Shown one piece after another: positions 1-11,300 of a stretch of DNA of 39,558 nucleotides. The position numbers and the translations under genes were made by a program. How positions within the stretch are numbered: the first letter of the stretch is position 1; the number at the start of each line of letters is the position of its first letter. Source of the stretch: Lenisia limosa (taxonomy: Eukaryota > Protista > Breviatea); the NCBI GenBank assembly GCA_001655205.1, contig LPNZ01007893.1, positions 1-39,558 on the forward strand, written 5' to 3'. Under the pieces are notes generated by a model. It was not told where the DNA came from and did not search any database. It worked only from the letters and a program-made list of their open reading frames with translations.

Positions 1-3000
1 TGGTGTTAGCCTCAAGTTGCTCTCGGGCTATGCGAGCCTCATTATCAGCACGCAAAGTTGCACTGAAGGTGTAAATGGTGATGGCATGCATGTAATTGTG
101 TTACTTTTATGATGACAGAATTTAGCGTGTGGTCAATGTCACAAACGCCGCAAACAGGCGTCGATCAAGAGATCGCCTTAGTTCATCCTCCTCGCGAGTG
201 GCCGTGTCGCGCGCCTCATTTGAGCGTGCACGCGCCTGGCTGACGTTTCTCTCACTTTCGGCGGTGATTCGGTCGGATTCCATTCGTGCAGTCTCCACAC
301 GCGCGTCTGCGCAAATGAGAGCCAAATATTATAAAAGGTCCAAAAGGTGTTGTACCATGCTATAGCAACTTTCTCCTATCATCTGTACATATCATGTCAA
401 AAGAGAACACTAAATATTTCTAATTATAATTCCAGGTTTTCTATTTTGCATTAGCAGAAAAAAAAACAGGTACCTTCACACTCAGCAGAAGGATCCATAC
501 TCACCAGCAGCTCTTGTGATGAGGGCTATTTCATCCTTTACCCGTCGGTCTTGAGCTAAAATTGTAATCAGTTGCAGACTAATCTTCTAAATGTTGCTAA
601 ATATTGTATCCCAATTTTTATCATGTTTAGGTGAGATATTCTAATTAAAAAAAAAAAGTCCGGCTGCTTACTGGTTTGTGCTTCGTCGATTTCCCTCTTC
701 ATTCTCTCTTGCATCGCTTGAAGTGCGGCCATGTGTGAGTTCTATCCAAGGTAAAAGAGGTTAAAGAGACCGGGTTTATCCCAACAAGAGGGACCGTTTT
801 GTCAAGATAATAGTAATGAATGCCTAACCAAGTTCCTCATTCGTCAGCCCTAGTCTTATGCACACGACCCACTCTGAGATCTTGCATTCCCTTCTGATGC
901 CACTCTTCAGCCTGGCTGGTCTCTTCTGATCTTCGCGCACTTCCCTCAGCAACGGCGGCGCCTTCCACTGCGGCTGCCCGGGCCTTTGGCGGTTAGAGGG
1001 AGGGGACAAAGCAAGCATTTCACACAATACAAAAATAAAGATATGATAAGTATAACAGAAATGAGGTGCACCTAGCCTAAGACAAGGAAAGTATTCAGCA
1101 ATGCCATATAATAGAGAGTAGGAGTGTCAGAGAAGTAGCGAACTGCGACAGTATCAGACTTGCCCCGGGAACTAATCCCTGCAAACTTCAGCTTGTTCAA
1201 CCCGTGCTCTTTCTCTCTGCAGTTGACTTGCTTGCTCCTATAAATGTGAACACAGATCAGTTGCAAAATAAAAATACTATGAGAAAGTTAATTTTAATCT
1301 CTGTACACCTTTGAAGAAATCAATTGAAAAAATACAATAAAATAGAGTTCTGGAAAATTGGAGCTCTAGATCCAATTTCTCCCACTTCAAACACTTCCAT
1401 TCAAAAATCAAATTCCATTTAGATCTGGTGACCTCGGTAAATTCGAAGAAAACGGATTCCTCCTAGTTTTGGGATGAGCCAAGGAACTCATTATTACTGC
1501 TGGTGGCGAGGTTTGCTCATAGAGAGAAGACCTTACATATTTGATAAGTATGGTAGTTTTGACAGTTTAGAATATTCCGCCTGTTCTGATTGAGGATCGT
1601 ATTCGTGCCTTGGCGCCCTTCATTGGAAACATAATGCTTGTTGGTGACGCTAAGCCCCATCTTTCCCTCCTCGTAACCTTCACTTGTCTTCTCAACGAAG
1701 AAGGTCTTCCTCTCGATACCTTAGACAACGATGTGGGTGTCCATACGTCGTATTATTTATCCACCAGAGCTCCTTACCTCATTTGTCTGCCTGACGAGTC
1801 TTGCCTCCGACTTGAGACTGATGATTTCATCATCCATTGTCAGGGCCTTTGTGCGAGCCTTCGAGAGCTGGTCTTCTAAGTCTGCCACCCGCTGAGTACT
1901 GGTCTGGTTCTGGGAATGTTGTGAGTTTGAATCGCTGTTAGTGTTGAGAGCACATCTCTTTCCTGTACTCTAAACTACTTTTTATAACATTCTTTGTTGA
2001 ATATGTGTAAGAAGAAGGGCACTAGATGTTCTCATCAGCCCACCAAATTCTGCTTGGCCCTCAAGTCATTAGCTGTTTGCTCAGCATCGGCCAGTCGATT
2101 GGTTTTGGACGAAAGGTTCGACTCCAGTTCAGCCACTCGCTGCCTCAAGTTCGAAAGTTCAACGGACGAAACTCCAGGCTAATGATAAGACCATGTCCAG
2201 CTTGATCACAGCAATGGCTCAAATAGCTATTTCTGTAGTAAAGGATTATAGCACGCACCTGAGCGTTATTAAGGGACTCGATTGTGTCTTCGGCATTAGC
2301 AACGTCTTCTGAGAGACGACGGATCGTATCATCACGGCTCATGATCTGCGACTCCAGCTCCTTGATCTGCTCGGTGTCACAATATAAGCGAGTAGTTATG
2401 CATATGTATTTCGAATAATGTGTCCATTTCGTCTCCAAAAAAGAATCGATAGGACTCAGTCTTTTTTGGAACAGAGTAAATTCTAAAGATAGGGTGCATG
2501 TGGGTCCAAGGTATTTCAATAAGTGGAACTCATCCCACTTTGGTATTCTGTGATGCAGCCGCTGTCTTGTTTGACTCCATTCGCTTCTCCTAGGTTGTTA
2601 TCATGGATGAAACCCAAAGAGTAGTACGAATATCTCGAAATGTTTATTGGATAGAGAACCCAACTTTTTCTTGCTTGATTTCTTCGTCTAAAAGAGCCAT
2701 TCGTCTCTGTTTTTCGAGAGCCTGTTGTGTGAGTTCAGTGTTTGGGACAACAATTTCAGGGAAGGGTTCGCTCACCAATTCTCCGCCGTATTTGTCGTTT
2801 AGAGCCTCAATATTCTTGAAGTGGGCTGCTCTCAATGTGGTTCTTTCCTCGTCCTGAGGTTAGGAAGATTAGAATGAAATAATACGATTCGAAATTGAGC
2901 AAAATCTCCTTTTTGGATGAGCTTTTTATTTTTTAACTACAGACGCTGCCACCTCCTTTTTAGATGAGCCCAAAATTTTCACATTTGGCCTTTATCCCCC

Positions 3001-5515
3001 GTTGGCAAACCTCTTTAGTGTCCCACTCCCTTTGGAGTTGTTTGATTCGGTTTTCGCCCGCCTTTCTCGCTTCTCTTTCATCATCCTGGGAATAAATAAC
3101 ATACTCAGTCAACAAACCTCCAAATCTTCATTCATTTGTCGAAGCTTTTTCTTCTGTATTCTTTCCAAGTCTTCCACCTAAACAGTCATGGCAATGTCAA
3201 GGTTACTTGCAATATTATAATATAAACTGGAGATATTTGATCACGATCATTTCCCACTTCCTCATCAAACGACTGCTTCATTTTCTTCATGGTGTCGGCA
3301 TGCTTAGATTTCGCCTGGCCCGGGGTCATTAAGAGCAAAATAGGCTGTATTGAGCAGAAGACTTTACACCATCAAGCTATTCCGTCCTAACAATTACCCA
3401 CCATATTTTGTTTTTTAAAACCATTCCAAGCAAATAAAGGAAACCAACAGCACCATAGGTAGGGCTTCCCTACGGTCCCAAAAAAAGACTGAAGCTCTTG
3501 ATAAATCCTCGATAAATATCGATATTTAAACGGTCTTTTTCGGACCATAGGGAAGCCCTAGTCATAGGACAATTTATACTACGTTTAGTAAAATATTAAA
3601 TCATAATATATATGACAGAGACTGTATCTTGAACCAGACTGCCCCATCATGCAAGTAGGTCTCTCAACCAACCGCCTTAATTTCTTCAGAATGCGCAACC
3701 TCAATTTGTTCTAAATGTCACATTAATTGACAGGAACAGAATAAACGGGGGGGGGGGGGGNNNNNNNNNNNNNNNNNNNNNNNNNNNNNNNNNNNNNNNN
3801 NNNNNNNNNNNNNNNNNNNNNNNNNNNNNNNNNNNNNNNNNNNNNNNNNNNNNNNNNNCCATTTTGCGCTGATGTCCGCTCTCGAGGGCTGCTTCGCTGT
3901 TGCTCTAAACACATTACATTATGACATACTGGAATTGGTCCAATGATATTGGTCAATCTGTGATGAATGCAGGTTTATACCGATTAAGTTGAATATCTAG
4001 GAATAAACTTCAGTCATCTTACCCGTAAGGACGCGTTAGAATCATCTCGCATCCCTAGACCAGCAGATGGACGGTTTGTAGGGTCTGAAAGAGCAGTTAT
4101 AATAGTTTTGTATTTCGATATAAATAAAGCAATTGATCAGATGTAATGTGGTTTCTTAATATTGTGATCATGTTCCATATCACTTTGAACCGAATCACTC
4201 CCGTATACTATACGGAGGGGAAGTGGACCCAACAGAACTGGGGCTTGGCGAGCGGGTCTGTTTTGCAACCTCCGATTTGACCGCGGATCGATACTTCTCT
4301 TCCACTTCATTGTCTAAACTGTCAGTCTGGTATGTCGTTCAGCTTGGCGAAAATTGCCTTTGGTCCCATGGAGCCCATGTTATCTTAGTTTGCTATCGAA
4401 TACCTTTCTTTGAAGAGGCAAAGCTCGGGACTTTGTGGATTTCCTTTTCTTTGGTCTTAGCAGGGGTGGAGCCAGTGCTCTTGATAGGAGCTATATGGTC
4501 AAGAGCAAACTAGACAAACCGAGTGCACCGAGGGGTGCCTTTAGTGGCTGACGAGTGATGGGCGCCAAGGCGGCTGGGCCCTGGGAAATGAATCAAATCA
4601 GGAAGTGCATGTGGATCCTGAAAAGCAGAATAATATGATGAAGTTTGTGAAACATTGATGGAATTACCTTGGCAGCAGGAGTTGTCGCCCTTGCCGGGGT
4701 TGAAACAGCCTTTTTCGACTCCTCCTTTTCTTTCTTCAGCTTCTCCTATCAAGTAATAAAAATTGAATTCTCTGGAGACAGACATCATGTTACATATTGT
4801 TTAAAAACCGTTGATTAGTTTTGAACAAATGAATATGAGTAGACCCCTTCAGACCTTTTCCTTGTTGAAAAGCTCCTTGTAATACTCATCACATGGGTGT
4901 TCCCATTTGGACTCGCCGGTTTTGAAATTGAAGTAGTACACATCCTCATCACTTCCTCCTTCCATTTTACTACAACAATTACAATTACACTAAAAGCCTT
5001 TCATGTATGGGTATGGTGCATTTTGAGCAAGAAGAAAGAGGGAAACCGCTTCGATATTTTTATTGTTAGAACGGACCTTGCATGGTTGTGGGTATGAAAA
5101 TGGGAAACTCAACTTGAAAAAAAAGGGGGGAAAGAGTATCAAAATAAGTTTTGATAAGTTCAAAGTGATAGACTTCCCCAATACAATAGAGGGTATCAGT
5201 GAGGACCGATCATCCACGTAACNNNNNNNNNNNNNNNNNNNNNNNNNNNNNNNNNNNNNNNNNNNNNNNNNNNNNNNNNNNNNNNNNNNNNNNNNNNNNN
5301 NNNNNNNNNNNNNNNNNNNNNNNNNNNNNNNNNNNNNNNNNNNNNNNNNNNNNAAGTCCTTGTCTGCAACCGGGTCTGCTCCCAACCACTCGGCATAGCT
5401 CTTGATCTCTACAGGTAACGGTTATGATGAATGAAACCCCACCTTCCTTGGAAGGCTCATAAGTTGGATCATGGACCTCATCCAAGACAAGACTATCTGC
5501 TAAGGAAGATGACAT
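1..5515 (-). CDS. CEP164: Centrosomal protein CEP164-like (N-terminal WW module plus long coiled coil); multi-exon, 3' end beyond the left edge
   Basis: Spliced N-terminus reads MSSSLADSLVLDEVHDPTYEPSKE|EIKSYAEWLGADPVADKDL..[gap]..KMEGGSDEDVYYFNFKTGESKWEHPCDEYYKELFNKEK. This matches the CEP164 pattern (LVLEE.YD.TY.PSE.EI.E.A..IG.DP ... IYYFNF..G.S.W.HPCDE.Y). Many GT-AG exons encoding coiled coil follow (e.g. VEDLERIQKKKLRQMNEDLE; LRQRVAELESNLSSKTNRL). Internal exon joins are approximate. Confidence 0.85.
3462..3558. mobile_element. Putative MITE (97 bp, terminal inverted repeats, TA target-site duplication) in a CEP164 intron
   Basis: Left end GGGCTTCCCTACGGTCC; reverse complement of right end GGGCTTCCCTATGGTCC (16/17 identical). 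Complementarity continues through an A-run plus GAC. TA lies immediately outside both ends (3460-3461, 3559-3560). No ORF. Confidence 0.7.
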
Positions 5516-5747
5516 TGTTTCCGACTCTCCAATCAATCACCCTTTCGTCTGGCCGTTGCAAATGATGAAGTAGTTGGTTACGATATATGAGAAAAGGGCA
5601 CTTTCAAAATTGAGTCATCTCCAAAGAGATTCTCGTTTGTTGTTCGATGACTGTTTTAAATAGTTAAGAGAGCTATTGATAATTAATGTTTCTGAATAGA
5701 AAAATTAAAAAAAAGAGATAATGAATTTGTAACGGTTAAAAAGTAAT

Positions 5748-5753
5748 AAAAAA
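5748..5753 (-). terminator. RNA polymerase III terminator (T6) of tRNA-Trp
   Basis: Six consecutive T on the minus strand, starting 1 nt after the tRNA discriminator base. Confidence 0.7.
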
Positions 5754-5754
5754 G

Positions 5755-5826
5755 TGAACCCTGAGGGAATCGAACCCCCAATCTTTCGATCTGGAGTCGA
5801 ACGCGTTACCATTGCGCCAAGGATTC
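5755..5826 (-). tRNA. trnW-CCA: tRNA-Trp (anticodon CCA), intronless
   Basis: GAATCCTTGGCGCAATGGTAACGCGTTCGACTCCAGATCGAAAGATTGGGGGTTCGATTCCCTCAGGGTTCA. Acceptor stem GAATCCT/AGGGTTC, anticodon arm TTCGA-CTCCAGA-TCGAA, T-loop GGTTCGATTC, A- and B-boxes present. Confidence 0.97.
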
Positions 5827-6068
5827 ACCAGACGTAATCTTGGGTTCCAATTTACTTCTTATGTTAATTTTGACCACACTGGTCCATAAATCTATACGAT
5901 TTTTACACCCCTTTATCTCGCTTTGTTTGAACTGTTTGGCCTCTTTGAGCCTCTCTAAGGTAGAAATAAATAAATAAAAGAGTACTATAAGACCGGAAGA
6001 ACGACTACTTGACTGGAACATTTTGACTTTGACGACTGACTGTGACCCTTCCCCAGATCACGCCAACA

Positions 6069-7963
6069 ATGGAAAAACAAGTGCTTGCTGTTGATGTAGA
6101 TGAAGGTACTAATAATGACTCATATGTGTGGCTAACTTTGTCAGTTTTGGTCCCTTTCGTGGAGAACATGTCAACCTTTTTGAACAGGGTATGAGAACGT
6201 TCTTTTCCAGTGACACTGTAGGAGTTCAAAACCGAAACCACAATTGAAGACTATTTCTCTTACGAGTTTGACAAAGTTTGGAAGTGCTCTGTTGATGAAT
6301 GTGAGGATGGTATTTGACAAAGTAGTTGGGCTCTTTGTTTTACTTTTCAAAATAAATAGCTCTAATTTTTATTTATAAAGTAATAATATATTTAAGGGTA
6401 AAAGAGTGAAGAATAAGGAATTTATGGAATGAAAAATAAGATCCGGAGTTTTTGGGAGCAGTAGTTAAATTATGAGCCCGTGACTGACTTCTAAAGGCCA
6501 AGTCAAAGTGAACGCATATTTGCAAAGTGAGGACTTCCGCTCCTCCAAGCCTATTGACGGGGCTCGAGAGGCTCTGACTAAGGTATGTGACCAAATGCCT
6601 TTTCAAATAAAAAGGGGCGAAAGACAACTTTTTGAAAAAAAAACAACAAATACAGCACTAATAATTGCCACACCACAATTCGCATCCAGTATTTTTTTTC
6701 AGTAATTTCATATTCTTGAGAACAGAGTTATATTTTTCACCAGCCCAGTTGAAAGAGCACTACACCCTTGTTGTTGTAACGTCGCGTCTCAGCAGCCTCA
6801 AAGTAATGTTGTCATATTTGACAAATGAGTCATTATACCTTTTTCAGAACGTGATTGTCTTATTTTCCAGGATTTCACTGAAAAATGGCTAGAGCAGCAT
6901 TTCCCTGGCCTTTTTGAACAAGCTCTTTTTGGGTAGGTGGCTTTGGTTCTCATTATTGTTTTATAATGATGAATACTGTCTACTATCATAAAATTTAATT
7001 GCTTATCAATAGGCGGATTATTGGAGCTCCTCATCAAAAAAAAAAAAAAAAAAANNNNNNNNNNNNNNNNNNNNNNNNNNNNNNNNNNNNNNNNNNNNNN
7101 NNNNNNNNNNNNNNNNNNNNNNNNNTTGTCAGGTTTTATTAAATAGCCCCAAAAGACCCTTGAGTGATCCTAAAAACTGATGCCGCTGAAGCCCTGACAC
7201 TGTTATTTATTTTCCAAAATCTTGTTGCCTTCAACTCTTTCAGATACACCTAATTAGCTTTTTCGGAGTATAAGTGGTAAAATTGTTCAATAAGGGGACA
7301 TTCATCTGACTCAAATAGTAGCGTCACGTATTGTGTGAACGGCTTTGGCCTTAGTTCTTTTTATTCAATATTGCAGAAACCATTATGGAGAAGGAAAGAG
7401 AAGAAAGAAGTCGGAAATGTGCATGCAAGTTGGAGCAAGTATGGAGGCGATGGCTTTTCTGTTATTGAAACCACTCTTAGAATCTAACTGTTGCAGAGAT
7501 GCTTATTGACGACTGTTTGAAGTATGCAATTGACTGCAATGACGCCAACATTAAAGTTTGCTTTCACGCCCACATTTACCTTTAGTGCGTTCTGTTTGAT
7601 CGCAACAATTCATACCCGTGGAATGATTCTGATGACCTCCCGGAGCTCACAACAAGGTTTGAAACGTCACATCTTTTATGTTAAAATCATATCATGTTTC
7701 AGACATCAAAGAGCTATGCATCATGAACATCATGGACTAAATAGCTTTTGAAAACTATTATACTACAATGGAAGTATGTGAATAAGTGGGCGAAATGTCG
7801 CATTATCTGTTATCATTATATCTCCTATGATTATTGCAGTGTAATATAAAGGTTAAAAGAATCTACAATGAGGGGAGGGTTAAAAATCACAATTCCTAAT
7901 AAAATCTTCCGCAGAGCGACATCATGGACTGAAATCACGAATCTGCTTCTTCCCGAAGAGTAA
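6069..7963 (+). CDS. HAD-superfamily 5'(3')-deoxyribonucleotidase-like (NT5C family) protein, multi-exon
   Basis: Spliced product: MEKQVLAVDVDE|VLVPFVENM (motif I DxD), PIDGAREALTK|LKEHYTLVVVTSR (motif II), KWLEQHFPGLF, FG|NHYG, MLIDDCLKY (motif IV), VLFDRNNSYPWN, TR|ATSWTEITNLLLPEE*. All joins are GT-AG and in phase. Confidence 0.8.
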
Positions 7964-8392
7964 ACCGTTCACTTATTCTCATGGTATTCTGAATTTAAAA
8001 TGTTTTGTTGTTTTTCCTGGGTTTCCTTTTTAAAGTTCGTACAATATGTGGAAGGACACAACGTAGAAATTGCATAGATAAAAGGATAAAGCGACAATTT
8101 TGTTGTCCCAAAGGTCAACCGATATGGTCATTGGTTCGTCACCGGCAGGTCACCACTTCACCACTGGGACTCACTTACTGCTCACTTATCACTCACTGTG
8201 ACTGGGGGGAACATCAAAGGAACATGGTGCAGCAGACATGGTACAGGCATGGTGTGGACATGCCACCTATTAGGACACCACACAATACCTTGAATACAGT
8301 GAACCCCCAGTATATTTTAAATAAAAATACAATTTTGAAAAAGCCAAGGACAAACATTGACAGAAGATGGAAGTGATGTAGTAGTGCGAAAT

Positions 8393-11300
8393 ATGAACAA
8401 AGAAGAAGGCTCAAAGCTAAGCGACGTTCGCAGTCGCTTGAAGGAGCTTGGAGAACAAAAAGCAAGATCTCACTCAAACTTTGTTGGTCCCGCTACTTTT
8501 CCTGGGCACTCTAACGATATTTAGAACCAAAGAAATACCAAAAAACGAAGACAGGCATCCCCTTCAAAGCCAAACGCTACCTCCTCCTGGATGTCCCCTA
8601 TGGTTGGAGATTCTTCCAGTGATCTTATTGCTCAGAGCGGCAATGATACAACGGGAACAACATCAACAACAAGAGGTAATGGTAACTGTTTTTGAGTGAT
8701 TTCTTTAGGAATGTCACCCTCTGAAGGCAACACTTCGTCGACCTCATCGGTTGGTAAACGGATAACTGTTCATAACTGTTATTAGAGTACCAATAGGTAT
8801 AAATATAATGCACTTCGCTAAAAAATTTTGTTTTCATAAAGCAACGTAATTATGCTATATCTCAAATAACCCATGCTTCAGAGTGTGTCAGGTTCTATTG
8901 ACTTGGAGCATCTGGTGATTCCGCCATTTAAACCTGTATGGAGGGGGTCTTTCCGCCATTTAAACCTGAATGGAGGGGGGCTTTCCACCATTTAAACCTG
9001 TATGGAGGTGGGCTTTCGTTTAAACCTGTATGGAGGGGGGCTTTCCGCCATTTAAACCTGTATGGAGGGGGGCTTTTTTTCACAATATTTTTATTGACAT
9101 TCTCTCTTACTGACCGCTAAGAAACGAGGAGTTCTTTCTGCGAAACCTACTCCAACGGTTTGCTCATGTAGTAGTATATGTATTTTTTTTTTTCATATTC
9201 GTTACACCTTTACTCTTGTGAGTATATTGTATTATATCTATGGGGATGGATTGCAAGATTACCCCTTTTAGTCCACCACAATCGAGACCAGTGGCACAAA
9301 TGCAAACACGACAACATCAAGTAAGCTTATTTGGAAGCTGTCTTACTGGTCATTTATAATTCGGTCCCTCATCGTTGTAGACAAAAATCTTCACCCCCGA
9401 AAGCTGTTTAAGCGCACTGGAGGTGAGCTCAACTCTTCAATAATTCGGATTTTGTACATGGAGTGTATACTTACCTATCCCCCATTCATATTACCGTATA
9501 TTTATGATGGATGATTCAACCTCCCCACTTCTGGTTGATGTCACTTCAACCTCCACCCGATGTTGTCTCTATCGTTTTTAAGTTATTGTTCAATCGGTTG
9601 ATGCCCAAATACCATTCCATTGATTCACCCCACCTAGGCCCTGCTCGTAGGGTTTCCCCCTCTCCTCTTCGTAACTCCCCTCCCCTTGGTGAGCAAAGCA
9701 CTCAACAATCTTCTCATATTTATGAACCAATATGTAAACCGTTGGGTTTTACTATTTTGAATGTTATTTATCAATCCTAGAACCTACCTCATCCGAACCC
9801 ATTTCGCACCCGCCCGGCCTTCCTTTTGCACCCCCTCGCGACCCACCCCAATCNNNNNNNNNNNNNNNNNNNNNNNNNNNNNNNNNNNNNNNNNNNNNNN
9901 NNNNNNNNNNNNNNNNNNNNNNNNNNNNNNNNNNNNNNNNAAGCCGCCCAGGCCTTCACGTCCGCCGAAGACGATTCCTTCTGCGAGGCTGCCACCAAAG
10001 AGGTATGACGTCTGCCCTTTGACATATGTACATGTACATAATACATATTACAAACATAATAATATCATATACTATATCATATGTACTATATCATAGATGT
10101 AATTCTATGTAGACTACAGATATGATCAAGGATTACTATAATCATATGAAACATGATATTTGGCAGCATTGAAGTTTTGTTTGTCACGCTTCAGTCCTGC
10201 ACCAAAACTACTGCACTCACGAGGCAAAAGCCCTCAAAAGCCCCGATCAATCAAAGCCACCTCCAAAAGCCTCCCCAAAGCCTCCAGAATTTCTGCCACT
10301 CCTGACTCACTTGCGATGATCGAAGAAAACGATGAAAAATCTATTTCGGCAGAGTCAGCTCTTCCCAATGATCAACCGAAGCAAACAGATGCGCCAAAAT
10401 CGGAAGTGGGTCATTTTTTTCACTGTCCCAAGTTCCAATAGAGACTTTACAGCAAAATGGATAAATACATATGTACATAATATCTAAAAATATTATTTAC
10501 TGTGACGAACTTTTGAAATACCAACACATCATTCATCTTCCAGCCTGTCAAACCACCCCAAGAGAAGCCAAAACACCAAAATGTCTTTCCAACTGAGATT
10601 TCTCTTTCACCCTCGCCTCCCCCTTCGAAACCATCATCAAACACTGGAGGAATTGTGGCGTCAGTCTCAATAGGAGCTGGCCACCAGCAGAAAATGATGA
10701 AACCTACCATCCTCTCTCCAGCGTATGGGGCTACTGGAATAACACCGTGGTATTATATATGTATGTATAGTATGTTGATATGTACATATGTATCTGATTC
10801 CTTTTATGTGGGAATAACTGAACGAATGTTAAAAGATGTTAGAAATAAGAAATAAAAAGATGTGCTAACCGATGCCGTCCTCTTTAGCACGCTTGCAACC
10901 GATTGACATTTTAGGCCTCTAATGCCGTCTTCACCAGCATTACACACGCGAAGCGCGGACAAGAAGCGGCAGATGGCCAAAACCGATAGAGTCAAAAAGC
11001 CTGACAATCCAACAGACAAGAAAGACGCAACCCCATCTGACAAGTGCGTCCCTCACCCCCCATCACTAACCCTTATAGGAAAAACAATTCAGAAAAAGTC
11101 CTTGGATCGGTGAGGGGTGACTTTCACAATTTCCCTGTTGTTATTCAGGGCAAGTTTGTTCCCAAAGACTGGAGTCCAATAAACTCTCAATACCATCAAT
11201 CTTTTTTCCGACAAAAGATCCACACGACTTATTGTGTAGGGGGTGCAAGGAGAAGCTCTTGCTCGCGAGAATGCTGAGAATCACTCTCAACGACGTGTTA

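Noticed and set aside
3960-4089. C/D-box snoRNA-like pair (GTGATGA...CTGA)
   Set aside because: It is antisense to the host gene and overlaps a CEP164 exon (DPTNRPSAGLGMRDDSNASLR); no terminal stem.
5060-5085. Possible micro-exon (PCK) with a non-AG acceptor in the CEP164 WW region
   Set aside because: Its phase is incompatible with the next exon. The missing WKPC residues fit inside the adjacent N gap.
5755-5826. Possible stop-codon reassignment or UGA-reading tRNA-Trp variant
   Set aside because: The anticodon is CCA with a normal 5-bp stem. In-frame stops in conserved genes all fall inside spliceable introns. TAA, TAG and TGA each terminate a reconstructed gene.
6934-7930. Poly(A) run before a gap (7036-7053) and a 12-bp repeat ACATCATGGACT (7727 and 7919) in the nucleotidase gene
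   Set aside because: The gap hides any SINE body or target-site duplication, and a single 12-mer match is too weak to interpret.
8214-8477. Minus-strand hydrophobic 87-aa ORF as a membrane-protein gene
   Set aside because: The plus strand gives an in-phase exon chain leading into MPS1, with plus-strand splice signals. The minus ORF is best explained as an AT-rich antisense shadow.
8919-9074. CRISPR-like array
   Set aside because: The units are contiguous with no unique spacers, there are no cas genes, and the context is a eukaryotic intron.
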